Made by a program: the position numbers and the translations under genes
Shown here: in pieces, positions 28,475-36,421 of the stretch
Layout: each line of letters begins with the position of its first letter
How positions within the stretch are numbered: position 1 is the first letter of the stretch
Assembly: GCA_963845535.1 (NCBI GenBank)
Contig: CAWJSK010000011.1
Location: 29,551-93,550 of the forward strand
DNA: 64,000 nt
From: an uncultured Spirochaetota bacterium
Lineage (GTDB): Bacteria; Spirochaetota; Spirochaetia; SZUA-6; Fen-1364
Direction: 5' to 3'
The notes under the pieces: generated by a model
Seen by the model: only the letters and a program-made list of their open reading frames with translations
Database searches by the model: none
Told to the model about the DNA's origin: nothing

Positions 28475-30327
28475 TGGAAAGCGCGGGGCGGCAGCAGCGG
28501 CGGCGTTTTGTTTTTCTCACCGCCCTCGTTGCCGGCAGCATTGGATTCCTCGTCATGTACCTTTTCTGGCTTCAGATCGTGAAAGGGTTCGAGTTCAGGC
28601 AGCGCGCCAAGGACGTGTCGCAAAGAGAGGTCCCTATCCCGGCGCAGCGCGGGGAGATCTTCGACCGCAACGCGGATGAGCCCCTGGTCTTCAACGTCGA
28701 CTCTTTCGCCGTGGATGTCACCCCGGGCGAAGTGTCTCCGACTGATTTTCCCGCCTTGTTTCAAAGCCTGTCGAAGATCCTCTCGATTCCCGTGCCGGAC
28801 CTGGAAAAGAAAATTCCCCCGAAGCTCTACCGCACCTACCAGCCCGTGGAGCTTGCGGGCGGCGTCACCTTGCAAACGATCTCCGAGCTGGCGGAGCATT
28901 TCTCGGATTTCGCGGGAGTGAGCTGGCACAACAAACCCATCCGGAATTACGTGGAGTCAAGCTCCCTGGCCCACGTCATTGGCTACGTGGGGGATATCAC
29001 CCATGAAGAGCTGCAGGTCCTGTACAACCAGGGCTATGAGCCAGGGGACGTGCTCGGCAAGGCCGGAATCGAGAAGGAGTATGACAACATCCTTCGGGGG
29101 AAGGACGGCACGCGCTACCGGGTCGTGGACGTCAAAGAGAGACGCCTCACCGGCGGGGAGGAAGAGGACATCGTTCCCCCCGTGCCGGGCAGGAACGTGG
29201 TGCTGACCATAGACCGGCGTATCCAGAAGCTTGCCGAGCAGGCTCTCGGACCGCGCAAAGGATCGATTGTCGTTCTCAGGCCGGCCACGGGTGAGATCCT
29301 CGCCATGGTGAGCTACCCGTCATTTGATCCGAACCGGCTTTTTGCGCCGGACGCGGGAGACTACTTCAACAAGGTTTCCCTCGACCCTTCGTTCCCTTTC
29401 ATCAACAGGAGCATCCAGTCGGTCTATCCGCCGGCATCGACGTTCAAGATCATCATGACCACCGCAATCGTGGATGACGGCACCATACCCATCAACCGCA
29501 TGGTGTTGTGCACGGGGAAGCTCGTGTTCGGGGACCGCGTGTTCAACTGCTGGGTCAAAACGGGCCACGGCTACGAGGACCTCTTCGGCGGGCTGGCACA
29601 ATCCTGCGACGTGTATTTCTGGACCATGGCCAACGAGCTGGGCGTGGACAAGATCGACACCTACGCCAGGGATTTCGGAGTCGGCTCGCTGACGGGAATC
29701 GACCTCCCGGAGGAAAGGACAGGCCTTCTTCCCACTCCTGAGTGGAAGGACAAGATCAAGCACCAGAAGTGGTTGGGGGGTGACACGCTCAACCTCGCCA
29801 TTGGCCAGGGGTTCGTCACGATGTCTCCTTTGCAGATGGCTGATGAAGTGGCCATGGTGGCAAACGACGGCGTCGTCTACCGCCCGCATCTGCTGAAGGA
29901 GACGCGGGACCCGTTCACCGGCCAAGTCCTCTCGACAATGACACCGGAGGTGCTTCACCGATCCGCTGTCAACAAGGACACCTGGCACATCGTCCAGCAA
30001 GCCTTGCGCGGGGTGATCACCAAGGGGACCGCGGCGCCCGTCATAACGACAAAGGCCACCGAAGTGGCGGGAAAGACGGGCACTTCTGAGACTGGCGTAG
30101 AAGGCCAGTGGCACTCGTGGTTCGCCGCCTACGCGCCTTTTCAGACCGACAAGCCGGAGGAACGGGTAGTCGTAGTTGTCATGGCCGAAGCCTCACCCAA
30201 CTGGGAATGGTGGGCCCCCAAGGCCGCCAACCTGATCTTCCAGGGTATCTTTGCCAACCAGGACTACGACCAGGTGCTCGCGACGCTGAGACCGTGGTAC
30301 GCGCCGGTGAAGGGGCGGGTAGAATGA
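28474..30327 (+). CDS. mrdA: penicillin-binding protein 2
   Basis: RGEIFDRN, SxxK (PASTFK), SCDVYF and AGKTGT motifs. Confidence 0.96.
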   Translation: MESAGRQQRRRFVFLTALVAGSIGFLVMYLFWLQIVKGFEFRQRAKDVSQREVPIPAQRGEIFDRNADEPLVFNVDSFAVDVTPGEVSPTDFPALFQSLSKILSIPVPDLEKKIPPKLYRTYQPVELAGGVTLQTISELAEHFSDFAGVSWHNKPIRNYVESSSLAHVIGYVGDITHEELQVLYNQGYEPGDVLGKAGIEKEYDNILRGKDGTRYRVVDVKERRLTGGEEEDIVPPVPGRNVVLTIDRRIQKLAEQALGPRKGSIVVLRPATGEILAMVSYPSFDPNRLFAPDAGDYFNKVSLDPSFPFINRSIQSVYPPASTFKIIMTTAIVDDGTIPINRMVLCTGKLVFGDRVFNCWVKTGHGYEDLFGGLAQSCDVYFWTMANELGVDKIDTYARDFGVGSLTGIDLPEERTGLLPTPEWKDKIKHQKWLGGDTLNLAIGQGFVTMSPLQMADEVAMVANDGVVYRPHLLKETRDPFTGQVLSTMTPEVLHRSAVNKDTWHIVQQALRGVITKGTAAPVITTKATEVAGKTGTSETGVEGQWHSWFAAYAPFQTDKPEERVVVVVMAEASPNWEWWAPKAANLIFQGIFANQDYDQVLATLRPWYAPVKGRVE

Positions 30328-30352
30328 TTCTGGTTCGAACGCGTTCGGACAG

Positions 30353-32788
30353 ATGCGGCTGATTGATCCCGCACGCGACCTTGCGGGAATCCTCCAGAGC
30401 GTCGAGAAACCGGCGCGGTACGTTGGGGGAGAGTTCGGCTGCGTCGAGAAGGCGCAGGCCGCCCTCGCCGTTGCCATCTCCTACCCTGATCTCTACGAGA
30501 TCGGAATGTCCAACAACGCGGTGCGCATCCTGTACAACATCCTCAACAGGCTTCCCGACGTGCTCTGTGAGAGGGTTTTTGCGCCCGCGCCTGATTTCGA
30601 GGCGCGCATACGAGCCGCCGATGTCCCGCTGTACTCGCTTGAGTCGGGGAGGGCGCTCCAGGATTTCGATATCATAGGCTTTTCCCTGGGGTACGAGCTG
30701 ACGCTGACGAATGCTCTTGCCATCCTCGATTGCGGCGGGGTGACTCTCGAAACTGCGCGAAGGGGAAATAACGAGCCTATCGTCATGATCGGGGGGCCGG
30801 CGGCCGGCAACCCGGCGCCTTTCGGGGTGTTCGCCGATTGTGTCTTCGTTGGCGAGGCGGAGGGTTGGGCGGAACGAGCCTTCTCTGACCTGGGCCGCAT
30901 GAAGAAGCAGGGGGCTTTCCGGACAGACCTTCTTGCCTATCTGCGCGCAGATCCGTCGATATGGCACCCGGGGCGCACTGAAAAGGTCCGCCGCGCTCTG
31001 TGGAGAGGCTTCCGCTCCCACGTCGCGGACACGTGTTTTCCCGTGCCGAGCATGCGCGTGGTCCAGGACCATGGCACCGTCGAGATCATGCGAGGATGCC
31101 CCAACGCCTGCAAGTTCTGCCACGCAACAGTGTACTATCGCGCCTGCAGGCGCAAAGACCGGGACACTATTGCGCGCGAAGTGGATCACCTCGTGAAGTC
31201 CGGCGGATACAGAGAGGTGACTCTCTCTTCCCTGTCCTCGGGAGACTACGGCGGGATCCAGGAGCTCGTCCAGGACCTGAACGCGCGCTACGCGCCGCTT
31301 CTCGTATCCTTTGCGCTTCCTTCCCTCAGGGTTGATTCACTCGGGCTCCAGCTTCTTTCGGAAATATCCCAGGTGCGGAAAAGCGGTCTCACGTTTGCCG
31401 TCGAGACGGCAAAGGACGAATGGCAGAAAGAGGTGCGCAAGAAGGCCGGGCGCGAGAAAGTAATAGATATTCTCAGGGAGGCCCGCTCCCAGGGATGGCG
31501 CGCGGCGAAGTTCTATTTCATGGTGGGTCTTCCAGCGTCATTCGATGAAGACGAGTCCTCCGCCATCGTCGAGTTCCTCCAGGCCGTTCGATCGGCAACC
31601 GGCATGTCGCTGAACGTGAACGTGGCCGGGTTCATCCCGAAGCCTCACACCCCGTACGAGCGGGCCGCTCAGATCGGGGAGGAAAAAGCCCTTGAAAAGA
31701 TCATGGCCGTGAAGGCCGGGCTTCGAGGCAGCGGATTCAAGGTGGGCTACCATGCCCCCTTCTTGTCCATTCTCGAGGGAATCGTCTCCCGGGGAGACCA
31801 GAGGGCCGGCCAGCTCGTCTTGGACGCCTACCGGCGCGGGGCCAGGCTTGATGCCTGGGAGGAGCACGTCAAGACGGACATTTGGCGGGAAGCGATAGCG
31901 TCCGCGGGTTGGGACGTCCTTTCCGAGACGTGCCGCCCAAGGGACGCCGACGAGCAGCTGCCCTGGCACCTCATTGCCCTGGGCCTTTCCAGCAGCGAGA
32001 TCACGGACGAGCTGCCTGCGGACGTGCCGCTTGCAGGCGCGTGGCCCATGAGCGCATCGCCCGCACGTGCGCAGCCCGCCGCCGCCCAGCCCGCCAGCGC
32101 GCAGCCCGCGGAGGCCGCCAGCGCACAGCCCGCAGAGGCCGCCAGCGCCCAGCCCGCAGAGGCCGCCAGCGCACAGCCCGCGCAGCAGCCAACCCTGACG
32201 GCTGCTGCGCGGTTGGGCGGCGCGGTGTGGGTGCGCCTCCTTTTTACGTTCGCCAAGACGGGGAGGGCCGTTTTCATTTCCCACCTCGACCTCATGACGG
32301 TCATGGAAAGGGCCCTGGCCCGCGCGGGCTGCGCAGCCAGATTCACTGAGGGCTTCAACCCCAAGCCGCGGCTGGAGTTTGCGAGCCCGCTCGGCCTGGG
32401 GATCACCTCACGGGAGGAAGTGGCCTGCATAGACCTGCTTGATTTCGATTCGGAGGCATCCTTCGCGTCACGGATGAACGCGGCGCTTCCGCGAGGGCTC
32501 GAGATTCTTCGCGCGGCGCTCGTCCTGCCACCTGCGCCTCTTGCTCCCCGGAGATCGCTCATGGCCGCCTGCTGGGGCGCCGAGTACGAAGTGGCGGACG
32601 CAGGCGAAGAGCCGATGGTGATGCGACTGAGGGCTTCTGAGCCTTCGATTAAAAAGACGATGGAGGCGCGCGGTCTCTGGGGCTCAGCGCGCGCCGTGCG
32701 TACGCGCACCTTTGCGCGTGGGAAGTCTGACGAGCCTGTCTCCTATTTCGAAGCCTTCTGCGGCCTTTCTACGACTCCTCCGATTTGA
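30353..32788 (+). CDS. TIGR03960-type radical SAM protein fused to a TIGR03936/DUF2344 domain
   Basis: VEKPARYVGGE, PDLYEIGMSN, RGCPNACKFC and FIPKPHTP; C-terminal FISHLDL...GFNPKPRLEFASPL. Confidence 0.9.
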   Translation: MRLIDPARDLAGILQSVEKPARYVGGEFGCVEKAQAALAVAISYPDLYEIGMSNNAVRILYNILNRLPDVLCERVFAPAPDFEARIRAADVPLYSLESGRALQDFDIIGFSLGYELTLTNALAILDCGGVTLETARRGNNEPIVMIGGPAAGNPAPFGVFADCVFVGEAEGWAERAFSDLGRMKKQGAFRTDLLAYLRADPSIWHPGRTEKVRRALWRGFRSHVADTCFPVPSMRVVQDHGTVEIMRGCPNACKFCHATVYYRACRRKDRDTIAREVDHLVKSGGYREVTLSSLSSGDYGGIQELVQDLNARYAPLLVSFALPSLRVDSLGLQLLSEISQVRKSGLTFAVETAKDEWQKEVRKKAGREKVIDILREARSQGWRAAKFYFMVGLPASFDEDESSAIVEFLQAVRSATGMSLNVNVAGFIPKPHTPYERAAQIGEEKALEKIMAVKAGLRGSGFKVGYHAPFLSILEGIVSRGDQRAGQLVLDAYRRGARLDAWEEHVKTDIWREAIASAGWDVLSETCRPRDADEQLPWHLIALGLSSSEITDELPADVPLAGAWPMSASPARAQPAAAQPASAQPAEAASAQPAEAASAQPAEAASAQPAQQPTLTAAARLGGAVWVRLLFTFAKTGRAVFISHLDLMTVMERALARAGCAARFTEGFNPKPRLEFASPLGLGITSREEVACIDLLDFDSEASFASRMNAALPRGLEILRAALVLPPAPLAPRRSLMAACWGAEYEVADAGEEPMVMRLRASEPSIKKTMEARGLWGSARAVRTRTFARGKSDEPVSYFEAFCGLSTTPPI
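32093..32182 (+). repeat. 24-bp in-frame tandem repeat (SAQPAEAA, about 3.7 copies) in the interdomain linker
   Basis: GCCAGCGCNCAGCCCGCRGAGGCC units. Confidence 0.85.
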
Positions 32789-33605
32789 CCTGATTCCACA
32801 GCTGGTCCATGCGCGCAAGCCCTGCTTCAGCGGGGCTCGTCCCGTCCGCTGCGAGCCGCTTTTCGATCTCCCGAAAGCGCCTCTCGAACTTCACGTTCGT
32901 GGAGTGCAGGGCTACCGAAGGGTCAACCTTCAGAAACCGGGCGAGATTGACAACGGAAAACAACAGGTCGCCGACTTCATCCTCGACTTTTGCCGGGTTC
33001 CCTCCGTTGGCCGCCTCCGAAAGCTCCCGCATTTCCTCCGATATCTTGTCCCACACCGGACCGACGTCGGGCCAGTCGAACCCCACTTTTGCGGCCTTCT
33101 TCTGCAAAGCAACGGATTTCTCCAGGGGCTGAAGCGCTCCCGGCAGATGATCCAGCGTCGAGCCCGGGGGAGCCTGGCCTTTCTTTTCCGCGGCCTTGAT
33201 CTCGTCCCACCGGACCAGGATCTCATCAACGGATTCCGCCGTGGCGTTGCCAAAGACATGGGGATGGCGTCGTACGAGCTTCTCCTGGATGGTCCGTAGG
33301 ACCGAAGACACGGAGAACGTTCCCTCCTGCTCCTTCATCCACGCGATCATGGTCACGAGCAGATACAAGTCTCCCAGCTCTTCCTGGAGGTTCATTTCGT
33401 CCCGCGCCTCGATGGCGCTGACGGCTTCCCAGACTTCCTCCACGAGGCTCGGCCGCAGCGTCATGGGGGTCTGCGCGCGGTCCCATGCGCATCCGTCGGG
33501 TGCGCGAAGGCGTTGTATCGTTTCCAGCAGCTTGGCGAACGCGGCTGCCGGTTCGTCCCTGCGGGGGTCGTTGCCGCGGGAAGCCCCGCGCGATTCACCG
33601 TTCAT
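32769..33605 (-). CDS. mazG: nucleoside triphosphate pyrophosphohydrolase MazG
   Basis: LRAPDGCAWDRAQT, EELGDL, RRHPHVFG, KAAKVGFDW and DEVGDLLF motifs. Confidence 0.96.
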   Translation of the reverse strand: MNGESRGASRGNDPRRDEPAAAFAKLLETIQRLRAPDGCAWDRAQTPMTLRPSLVEEVWEAVSAIEARDEMNLQEELGDLYLLVTMIAWMKEQEGTFSVSSVLRTIQEKLVRRHPHVFGNATAESVDEILVRWDEIKAAEKKGQAPPGSTLDHLPGALQPLEKSVALQKKAAKVGFDWPDVGPVWDKISEEMRELSEAANGGNPAKVEDEVGDLLFSVVNLARFLKVDPSVALHSTNVKFERRFREIEKRLAADGTSPAEAGLARMDQLWNQVKSEES

Positions 33606-33612
33606 GGCGGCC

Positions 33613-33641
33613 AGTAAACAGGCGGGTTCTCTCGGTGTCAA
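33613..33641 (-). promoter_or_regulatory. sigma70 promoter of mazG (probably leaderless)
   Basis: TTGACA(33641-33636)-17 nt-TTTACT(33618-33613), 7 nt before ATG 33605. Confidence 0.6.
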
Positions 33642-33650
33642 TACCGGAGG

Positions 33651-33687
33651 GAGCTTGCCGTGAGCTTGCCGTGAGCTTGCCGTGAGC
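33651..33687. repeat. 11-bp tandem repeat GAGCTTGCCGT x3.4
   Basis: Perfect copies directly upstream of the mazG -35 box. Confidence 0.9.
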
Positions 33688-33743
33688 GCCCGCAGTGCGG
33701 GGAGTGTGTGCCAGCGGTGCAAAAGGCAGAGCGCGTGAGGCGC

Positions 33744-34880
33744 TCAGCCGGCCTTGGAAATCAGCGCCCGAAGCTCGCGCGCAAGCTCCTCACCGTTCTT
33801 TACCTCGAGGATGCGGTCGTTGATGCTCACCACGGGCCCGTGCGCGCACATTCCCCGGCAGGGTACCGTCTCCAAGGAAAACATCCCGTCGGGGGTCGCC
33901 TCGCCGCTGGAAATCGAAAGGGTCCTGCCGATTGCCTCCAGGAGATCCTGGGAACCGTTCTTTGTGCACGTCTCACCCCGGCACAAGGAGATCCTGTAGC
34001 GCGCAAGCGGTTCAGTGCGGAACATCGGATAGAACGCGGCGGTCTCGAGCACTTTTTCTCGGGCGATGTTCAGGAAATCCGCGATATACCCAACGGCTTC
34101 CGGGGAGAGATACCCGAAGGCGCGCTGCGCATCTTCCATGATCCGGACCAGGAACTCCCTCTTGGGCTGGTAGCGCGCAAAGACTTCAATCAAGGCTTGC
34201 GGCGGGTTTGTTCGGGCGTCGGCGCCGTTGGCTATGAGCCCTTCCTTTTTTCGCCTCTTGAGGTAGTGGGAGAGGATGGCGAGGCCAAGGGCGATGTTCT
34301 CATTGCGGATCACGATATCCGAGGGGACGGCGAGCTGGGTCGGGGAGAAGTTCCAGATTGCCTTGATCCCGAGGGAGACGATCCTTCCCGCCACGGACTG
34401 CGCTGCGTCCTTGGGGACACAGATGATCGCAATACCGACATCGAAGCTGCGAACGACCCTCTGGAGCGACTCCATGGGAAGGATGGTGAACGCGCCGAGG
34501 ATGCTGCCCGTCTTGGCGGGATCATTATCGAAGATCGCCACCAGGCGCAGGCCGTACTGGGCGAGTCCGGGGTATTGGCTGAGCGCCGACCCCAGGTGCC
34601 CGGCGCCGATCAGGATGGCGGTGTTTTCGTAGTTGATCCCGAGGAACTCCTCGATAGCCTTCTTGAGGCCGAGGATCGAGTAGCCCGCCTTGGGCTTTCC
34701 CTTGTACCCGATGAGGGAGACGTCCTTGCGCACCTGCGTGTCATCGATGCGGAAGAACTGGGCAAGATGGCGGGACGAGACATATGACTCCCCGCGCACC
34801 TGCATCTCCGCGAGGATCTGATGATAGAGCGGGATGCGCCTCAGCGTCTGTTCGGGGATGGGATGTTCTATTGCGTCCAA
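33744..34880 (-). CDS. rex: redox-sensing repressor Rex fused to a C-terminal NuoE/HydC-like thioredoxin-type [2Fe-2S] domain
   Basis: Rex: TLRRIPLY, VSS, QVRKDVS...GY, IGAGHLG, IWNFSP. NuoE-like: AQRAFGYLS, AAFYPMF, CRGETC...CRGMCAHGPVVSIND. Start TTG 34880 or GTG 34898. Confidence 0.88.
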   Translation of the reverse strand: MDAIEHPIPEQTLRRIPLYHQILAEMQVRGESYVSSRHLAQFFRIDDTQVRKDVSLIGYKGKPKAGYSILGLKKAIEEFLGINYENTAILIGAGHLGSALSQYPGLAQYGLRLVAIFDNDPAKTGSILGAFTILPMESLQRVVRSFDVGIAIICVPKDAAQSVAGRIVSLGIKAIWNFSPTQLAVPSDIVIRNENIALGLAILSHYLKRRKKEGLIANGADARTNPPQALIEVFARYQPKREFLVRIMEDAQRAFGYLSPEAVGYIADFLNIAREKVLETAAFYPMFRTEPLARYRISLCRGETCTKNGSQDLLEAIGRTLSISSGEATPDGMFSLETVPCRGMCAHGPVVSINDRILEVKNGEELARELRALISKAG

Positions 34881-34909
34881 GAGCTCTCTTTGTTCCACGG
34901 GCTCGACCG

Positions 34910-36139
34910 TCACGGGGAGAGCATCTGCAGCCGGTTCTGGAGTGAAAGGGTCTTCTCCACCGTGCGGATGCTGTCCGCCGCCGGCTGGTACTTGGGATCT
35001 ATCACGAGGGTCTGTTTCCACAGCTCGATGGCCTTTGCGTAGTTGCCGTTTGCGAACTCATCCACCCCTTGCAGGTAGAGCTGCTCCGCCTTGGCTTCCC
35101 TTTCTGCGCGTCCGGAATCCCCGAGGTCGAGCTTCGCCTGGATACTGAACTTGTCCAGCGGGCTCAGCTGTCCGCTCAAGTCGACGTTGTAATTGACCTC
35201 GAAGTTCAGGGTCCCCAGCGATATCAAGGTGCCCAGGCTGATCCTCGGGTTATCCGCTTTCATGAGGACGCCCGCCTGGACGGACAGGAAGCTGGTCATG
35301 GCGACCGAGGTGCCAAGGGCGACGTTCCATACCTCCGCCGGCGGCTGCCAGGCGAACATGAACGGGTAATTGAAGTCGAAGGCCAGCGTCCACGGCCGAA
35401 GCGGGTTCCACGCTATTCCCGCGCTTGCCGTCTGGGGGAGCGTCTCATCGGAAAGCGTGGTAATCCCGAGGTTCTTGACCGCCGCTCCCACGGAGAAGTT
35501 TCTTGTCCGCGAGGAATAGAACTTCAGCAGGTTGAAGCTCGTCTGGACGCCAAAATCCGCCATGAACGCCAGGGAGGACTGGTCTGCCGCGAAGACGGCG
35601 GGGATATTGCGGTAGGCAACCTTGAGGTTCCCGCCGACCGACACACCGCTGAAGTAGTAGCCCGAGAGGAAGTTGTAGGACGCGTTGAGGATCCCCACCG
35701 TCTCCGTGATGTAATCCTGCGCCCCGGCGACACCCCATTCGTTGTACGCCGTGAAAGGAACGTAGAGAAACTTGCCGGCGAACCCGACGCCGAGGTCGTT
35801 AAAGCGCATGGTGTAGAGGAGCCCTTCCATGTTCGAGTCCGCGATCCATGCGTGGTGGTAGAACGACAATTCCGTATGATCCAGGCGGGAGCTGGCGGCC
35901 GGATTTGACTCCATGAATCCCCCGTCCGCCGCCATGGCGGTGTATGCCGTCCCCATGCCCTCGTACATTCCCCCCATGGGGATGAGGAGCGTCGGGAAAA
36001 CAGTCAGGCCCGTGTTCGGGTCCGCGAAGTTCTGCAGCAAGCTGGACCAGGCGGAGTAAAAGCTCGCGCTATCCGCCCAGGCGCCTGCCTGAATCGTGAC
36101 GAGCAGTGAGCAAATGGCGAAAAATTTCGCACATTTCAT
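34910..36139 (-). CDS. UPF0164 (FadL/PorV-like) outer-membrane beta-barrel with C-terminal TPR
   Basis: Signal peptide, DPNTGLTVFPTLLIPMGG..EGMGTAYTA..D...ESNPAASS, amphipathic beta strands, terminal TPR. Confidence 0.82.
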   Translation of the reverse strand: MKCAKFFAICSLLVTIQAGAWADSASFYSAWSSLLQNFADPNTGLTVFPTLLIPMGGMYEGMGTAYTAMAADGGFMESNPAASSRLDHTELSFYHHAWIADSNMEGLLYTMRFNDLGVGFAGKFLYVPFTAYNEWGVAGAQDYITETVGILNASYNFLSGYYFSGVSVGGNLKVAYRNIPAVFAADQSSLAFMADFGVQTSFNLLKFYSSRTRNFSVGAAVKNLGITTLSDETLPQTASAGIAWNPLRPWTLAFDFNYPFMFAWQPPAEVWNVALGTSVAMTSFLSVQAGVLMKADNPRISLGTLISLGTLNFEVNYNVDLSGQLSPLDKFSIQAKLDLGDSGRAEREAKAEQLYLQGVDEFANGNYAKAIELWKQTLVIDPKYQPAADSIRTVEKTLSLQNRLQMLSP

Positions 36140-36173
36140 CTTCATTTGATTATACATCGGTTGCCGGCAACAA

Positions 36174-36297
36174 TCCATAGACAGGGATGTCGGCGGGGCG
36201 CCGAGGCCAAGGACGGCCGAGAGGCGCTCCATAGACAGGGATGTCGGCGGGGCGCCGAGGCCAAGGACGGCCGAGAGGCGCTCCATAGACAGGGATG
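36174..36297 (+). repeat. 54-bp perfect tandem repeat x2.3 carrying five CANGGANG motifs (candidate CsrA-binding RNA)
   Basis: Unit TCCATAGACAGGGATGTCGGCGGGGCGCCGAGGCCAAGGACGGCCGAGAGGCGC at 36174 and 36228, partial copy at 36282. Confidence 0.92.
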
Positions 36298-36421
36298 CGT
36301 AGCCCGCCGAAGGCGGGCGGAGGGCGGCAGCCTCCGCACGGTATGCCGAGCGGAGGCGAGAGCCTCGGCGGGGGCCAGGCGGCCCATATCGGGGGTGACC
36401 ACGGCTGCGTTTTCGTCGATA

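Noticed and set aside
36174..36297. CRISPR array
   Set aside because: The apparent spacers are identical, so this is a tandem duplication; the shared part is only 16 bp and no cas genes are nearby
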